From: an uncultured Hormoscilla sp.
GTDB lineage: Bacteria > Cyanobacteriota > Cyanobacteriia > Cyanobacteriales > Desertifilaceae
Reading direction: 5' to 3'
Assembly (NCBI GenBank): GCA_963921275.4
Contig: OZ001293.3
Location: 6,528,001 to 6,592,000 of the forward strand
DNA: 64,000 nt
Below are positions 59,531-64,000 of this stretch, in pieces. The stretch's first letter is position 1. Every line of letters begins with the position of its first letter. The notes under the pieces are model-generated. The model saw only the letters and a program-made list of their open reading frames with translations, made no database searches and was not told the origin of the DNA. Made by a program: the position numbers and the translations under genes.

Positions 59531-60888
59531 AGTTAGCCGTGGTAATCGGCAACCGACTGCCCCAACTAACGGGAACGAGTACGGTGCATTTGGTTTCCCT
59601 AGAAGGGCGTTATAATGCCAGCGGTTTTGACTTCCAAGGAGCGGGAAGTAGCGATTCGATCCGCTTGGTTTCCCTGAAAAGCTGGAATTTTGCTTGCGTT
59701 AATCCACAACATACGTTTAAGGAAATTCTGAAACATCTCGACCAAAATCCCAGCACCTTGAGGTTGCCAAGCAGCACCAATAATCAAGTCGAGAGTTATT
59801 ATCAAATGGGTTACATCCCGCTTCCCCATTACTTGCGCCAGGGAGGCAAAACAATTTCCTGGTATCGCGGTCCTCTAAGCACTGGGCAAGACCAGACAGG
59901 AATAACCCTACCCGTTCGCGGTGCAGACCAATTAGTGCGCTACAACCCAGATAATGGAATGTTCGACGTATCCTACGCGGCGGCCTGGGAGTTGGGACGG
60001 TTGCTAGCCTTGCAAAATAAGGGATTTTCCGTCAGCTTATACCGCTGGAAGCGCAGCCACGCCCAACAACAGAAAATTGCCGAGAACCAACTGATTCATG
60101 CTCCCGGTTACTTACCCGTAACCAGTCAGTCAGCAAATTCTCTATCTATTCCCAGGGATATATCCACTTGGTTCCGAGACCTCAGCTTGCTAAAAGGCGT
60201 ACCCTTCGGCTACCTCGTTCCCGAGGAGAAGATGCTACCGATAGAATCAATTCGCTTTTTCTGGGTCGATCGCCTTTGGGTAGAGTGCTTGCTAGATGGT
60301 GCCTTTAGCATCGGTCGCGTGACGACCTCAGACCATCAACGAGATAGCCAGCATCCTACCAGTCCAGCAGAGAATCCACATCAAACGGTTACGGGTTTTT
60401 ACTGCGATCGGAGGTAGTTTCGGGATGGCCTGGTTTGCAGGTTGATGGATATAATGGGAGCGGTCAAAGCCGTCAACAACTCACCCTGCTGCGGATGGAT
60501 CGCTTATCGGCCAACGTATTAATCTGCTTGTTCGCGGGATAAATTACAGAGGTTGAGATTCATCAAAAGCCGGAAACAATCCACTTCGGCCTCGATCGTG
60601 ACAACAGCAACCCACCAGTCTTTTCTAAAGAGCTAAGGGACAGCGACGGCAGGCTTCACAGTGAATGGGTAGTGCGATCGATCCCCTGGAAGAACGATGA
60701 CGCGACAGCCAGGACGGTCGATATGCACGAATTCGCGCGATCGATCTACGATGCGCTACCGACTCAAGAGCAACGAACACTTGTATCTCCCAGCCCCAAG
60801 GAGTTCGAGTCATTTGTCTCCGCACACTTTGCTTTGGAGGCTATTGAAGGAGTCCAGGATGGTTAAGTTTAGAAAAGAGGGAAGCTAG
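59531..60888 (+). pseudogene. C-terminal half of the protein begun at 33180
   Basis: LAVVIGNRLP..HLVSLEG..WYRGPL..YAAAWELGRLLAL..ESIRFF; frameshift near 60400 and a TAA near 60540. Confidence 0.8.
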
Positions 60889-61110
60889 CGTTCCAAAGTA
60901 ATGGTCTAGGTACAGAACAAAAATTTTCAAATCCTATGAAAATCTGCTTTTTGGCTAATAGAGCGAATAAAATATTACGCAGAAAATCTCGACCATAGCG
61001 AAAAAACTTCGATCTTTATGCCTGTGTTTTTTGACCAGCAGAACCAGTAGGGTGGGCATTGCCCACCTTACATACTTAAACGCTGACCACTGATAGGCGA
61101 GATGTCCGCC

Positions 61111-61515
61111 TTACGCGCCCCGTTTGATAGATGCTTCTACCTGCCGGAATTCTTGTTCTAAGCGTTTTTTGAGCTTTTCAGGGACTGGACGGTTAGGATA
61201 GGAACTGTAATGTCCAGCTAGACCACTCAAGGCCGTGCGCATCGTGGTGAAGGACGGCAGGTTAGAGACCGCGCTATCCCGTCGGTAGCGAGAGGCAAAG
61301 TCATTAATCAGATCGCGAGCTTTTGCCTGAGCTGGTGCTTTTTCCGGGGAATCATCGGGGAGTGTAACCGCCGTTCTGAGACTGTCTACCACCATCAGGG
61401 TATCTTGGGAATAATTACCGGTAAGCAGACCAGATTTACCACCAGTCGAACAGCCTACCAAGGCGATCGCGACTACCAAAATCAGGGGGAGAATACGCGA
61501 GACCAAAGGCTTCAT
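61111..61515 (-). CDS. psb27: Photosystem II assembly lipoprotein Psb27
   Basis: LVGC lipobox, LTGNYSQDT, SFTTMRTAL..LAGHY..NRPVPEKLKKRL. Confidence 0.95.
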   Translation of the reverse strand: MKPLVSRILPLILVVAIALVGCSTGGKSGLLTGNYSQDTLMVVDSLRTAVTLPDDSPEKAPAQAKARDLINDFASRYRRDSAVSNLPSFTTMRTALSGLAGHYSSYPNRPVPEKLKKRLEQEFRQVEASIKRGA

Positions 61516-61586
61516 AAGCATTTTTTCACATCGTATAGCAATCAAATCACAATTATCCTACCCTGAATTAGTATCGTTAGCTAAAC

Positions 61587-62402
61587 TTATCCGAAACGTC
61601 CGCTCACATACTGTTGCGTGGCTTCCTCCTGGGGACATTGGAAGATGGTTTCCGTCTTGTCATACTCGACCAGATAACCAAACCGCTTGCCACATTCTGC
61701 TGCCTTGGCATTGAAAAATGCGGTCATATCTGCCACCCGCGAAGCTTGGTGCATGTTATGGGTAACGATGATGATTGTATAATTTTCTTTCAGCTCGTCG
61801 ATCAACTCTTCAATTGAGAGAGTAGAAATCGGATCCAGGGAAGCACAGGGTTCGTCCATCAGCACCACATCAGGATTAATAGCTACCGTCCGGGCAATAC
61901 ACAGACGCTGCTGTTGCCCCCCCGACAGAGAAAAACTACTTTGCTTGAGCTTGTCTTTTACCTCATCCCACAGCACTGCTTGCCGGAGCGATCGCTCTAC
62001 CAACTCATCCATTTCCTCCTTGGACTGAGCAATTCCGTTTACCCTGGCCCCATAGGCGATATTATCATAAATAGATTTCGGGAAAGGGTTAGGCTTCTGG
62101 AAGACCATGCCGATCTTCCGCCGCACATCTACTGGATCGATCTTGGCATCGTAGAGGTTCTGTCCTTGATAATATATTTTCCCCTCTAGCCGAAAGCCAT
62201 TCACCAAATCGTTGAGGCGATTTAAGCTCCGTATAATTGTACTTTTCCCACAACCAGAAGGTCCGATGAAGGCCGTAACGCGCTGCTTGGGAATGTTTAA
62301 TGAAACACCCCGGACTGCTTGGAAATCACCGTAATAGATATTGATGTTTTCTGCCTGGAGAACTGTCTCTGTTTGATTAGCCTCTTTGGTTTTGACTTCC
62401 AT
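61587..62402 (-). CDS. pstB: Phosphate ABC ATPase
   Basis: [36 protein letters not shown]. Confidence 0.97.
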   Translation of the reverse strand: MEVKTKEANQTETVLQAENINIYYGDFQAVRGVSLNIPKQRVTAFIGPSGCGKSTIIRSLNRLNDLVNGFRLEGKIYYQGQNLYDAKIDPVDVRRKIGMVFQKPNPFPKSIYDNIAYGARVNGIAQSKEEMDELVERSLRQAVLWDEVKDKLKQSSFSLSGGQQQRLCIARTVAINPDVVLMDEPCASLDPISTLSIEELIDELKENYTIIIVTHNMHQASRVADMTAFFNAKAAECGKRFGYLVEYDKTETIFQCPQEEATQQYVSGRFG

Positions 62403-62432
62403 AATTCCTGCTACTCCTGAGTCAAATTTCCA

Positions 62433-63317
62433 TCAATACATTTTATTACGAGTTGCCCAGCGGGAGAGGACGCTAGTGAGCAAGACTAAAAACACTAGCA
62501 CCAAGGAAGCTGCCCAGGCTAACTCCTGCAACTTGGTATCGAAACTCGTGGCAAAGTTATAGACCAAAACCGAAAGGGATGGAGTGGGAGCCATTAACCC
62601 TCGCGGCCAGAAGTTGGAATTGAGGGCTGTGAATATCAAAGGGGCTGTTTCCCCGGCAGCGCGGGCCACCGCTAGGGTCACTCCCGTGATAATAGCAGGT
62701 ACGGCAGCTGGCAGCACGATAAATAACACCGTTTGGTAGTTAGAAGCCCCCACTCCTACCGATGCCCATCTGATATCTTGGGGGATAATCTGTAGCGCTT
62801 CGTCGGTGGTACGGACGATCGTCGGTAACATCAGCAAGGACAGGGCAATTCCTCCTGCCAGGGCCGAGAATGTCCCCGTCGTCAGCACGATCAGACTATA
62901 GGCAAATACCCCGGCAATAATGGAGGGAACTCCACTTAGGACGTTAGTAGCAAAGCGAATCCAGCGGGCTGTCTTGCGATCGCTAAACTCTGAGAGATAT
63001 ACTGCTGCTAATACGCCAATGGGAACCGCGATCGCCGACGCTATTCCCACCACAACCAAAGTGCCGATAATTGCATTAGCAATCCCACCTCCGGTCTGAC
63101 CGGCAGCTGGGGGCAGCTTGGTAAATAAGTCCAAATTCAGGCGGGCAAACCCTTTCCCCAGTAAGTACAGCAGCACGGCAAACAAAGGCAGGATGGTAAT
63201 TGTTATACACGCACCTGCCAATGCAGTCATCACTATGCCAAATATTGCTCGCGGACTTGAGTTATTCCGAATCAGACTGCTACCGCCTAAATCAAAATAT
63301 TGTTGATTCTGGACCAT
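62433..63317 (-). CDS. pstA: Phosphate ABC permease
   Basis: LSGVPSI, ARAAGETAPL. Confidence 0.96.
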   Translation of the reverse strand: MVQNQQYFDLGGSSLIRNNSSPRAIFGIVMTALAGACITITILPLFAVLLYLLGKGFARLNLDLFTKLPPAAGQTGGGIANAIIGTLVVVGIASAIAVPIGVLAAVYLSEFSDRKTARWIRFATNVLSGVPSIIAGVFAYSLIVLTTGTFSALAGGIALSLLMLPTIVRTTDEALQIIPQDIRWASVGVGASNYQTVLFIVLPAAVPAIITGVTLAVARAAGETAPLIFTALNSNFWPRGLMAPTPSLSVLVYNFATSFDTKLQELAWAASLVLVFLVLLTSVLSRWATRNKMY

Positions 63318-63438
63318 GTCAATTGTTAGTTGTTAGTTGCTCCGGACAGGCGGAGCGCCTGTCCGGAGGGGGATGATAGTTTTGTTGTCAATTTATTCCC
63401 CCCCATTTTGAATGAGAGAATTTTGAATTTTGAATTGC

Positions 63439-64000
63439 TTAATATTTGGCTTTTACTTGGCTGACAATCCACTCGGCCAACATATTCACCACCAGGGTCA
63501 TGGCAAACATAACTAGGCCAGTATACATCAGCGCCGCCACTTGTAGACCCGAAGCTTCGGCAAATTGATTCGCCATCAAAGAGGCGATCGTATTTGCCGG
63601 GGCGTTGAGGGAGAGATCGATTTTATTAGCATTGCCGATTAACATAGTAGCGGCCATCGTTTCTCCCATCGCCCGACCCAGTCCTAGCATGATACCCCCG
63701 ACAATACCGGAAAATGCTGCTGGCAGGAGAACCCGGAAGATAGTTGTCCAGCGGGTGGCCCCCAAACCTAGGGATGCCTGCCGCAGATCGGGAGGCAGAC
63801 TGGCCAGAGAATCCCGGGAGATGGCTGTGATAATCGGCAAAATCATAATTGCCAATACCATGCCAGCGGGTAACATCCCTGGGCCCGCTGGTTCGCTGGC
63901 AAATAGTGGCAACCAGCCCAAGATACCGTGCAGAAAGCCCCCTAGGGGTCTGCTGATGAAGGGAATCAGGACAAAAATACCCCACAGACCATAGACTACA
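63439..64000 (-). CDS. pstC: Phosphate ABC permease (5' end outside window)
   Basis: LAIMILP, GRAMGETMA, ANQFAEA. Confidence 0.95.
   Translation of the reverse strand, partial: VVYGLWGIFVLIPFISRPLGGFLHGILGWLPLFASEPAGPGMLPAGMVLAIMILPIITAISRDSLASLPPDLRQASLGLGATRWTTIFRVLLPAAFSGIVGGIMLGLGRAMGETMAATMLIGNANKIDLSLNAPANTIASLMANQFAEASGLQVAALMYTGLVMFAMTLVVNMLAEWIVSQVKAKY

Noticed and set aside
59431..60417. 328-aa ORF as a complete gene
   Set aside because: Its first ~33 codons are intron DV/DVI sequence; the real N-terminus is at 33180-32598.
58312..60417. Functional chimeric protein after splicing intron A (the join is in frame)
   Set aside because: One-in-three chance; the N-half is deleted and frameshifted, DV is damaged, and the reciprocal join stops after a few codons.

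Overview
This is a cyanobacterial chromosome segment (dense HIP1 GCGATCGC, psb27, ftrV). Intact housekeeping genes (purA, rplY, purS/purQ, pstCAB, a GldA/F/G-like ABC system, HerA-like ATPase, Fur-family regulator, Na+/H+ antiporter) alternate with decayed accessory DNA: toxin-antitoxin remnants, Rpn-family genes, NB-ARC/NACHT fragments, two IS982 copies, MITEs and REP-like hairpins. The main feature, invisible in the ORF track, is a family of five ORF-less group IIB-type introns of 835-997 nt (four distinct sequences). Each has its own EBS1 loop that pairs with its own insertion site. One is nested in another (a twintron) lying antisense in an adenosine-deaminase-family gene, and one sits in a duplicated purA promoter next to an empty copy of its target. 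Two matching inverted copies (31671-32597 and 58604-59530) have swapped flanks: removing them and flipping the 26 kb between them rejoins two split genes in frame. That points to an intron-mediated inversion, or a repeat-induced misassembly. All calls are by eye; no searches were run.
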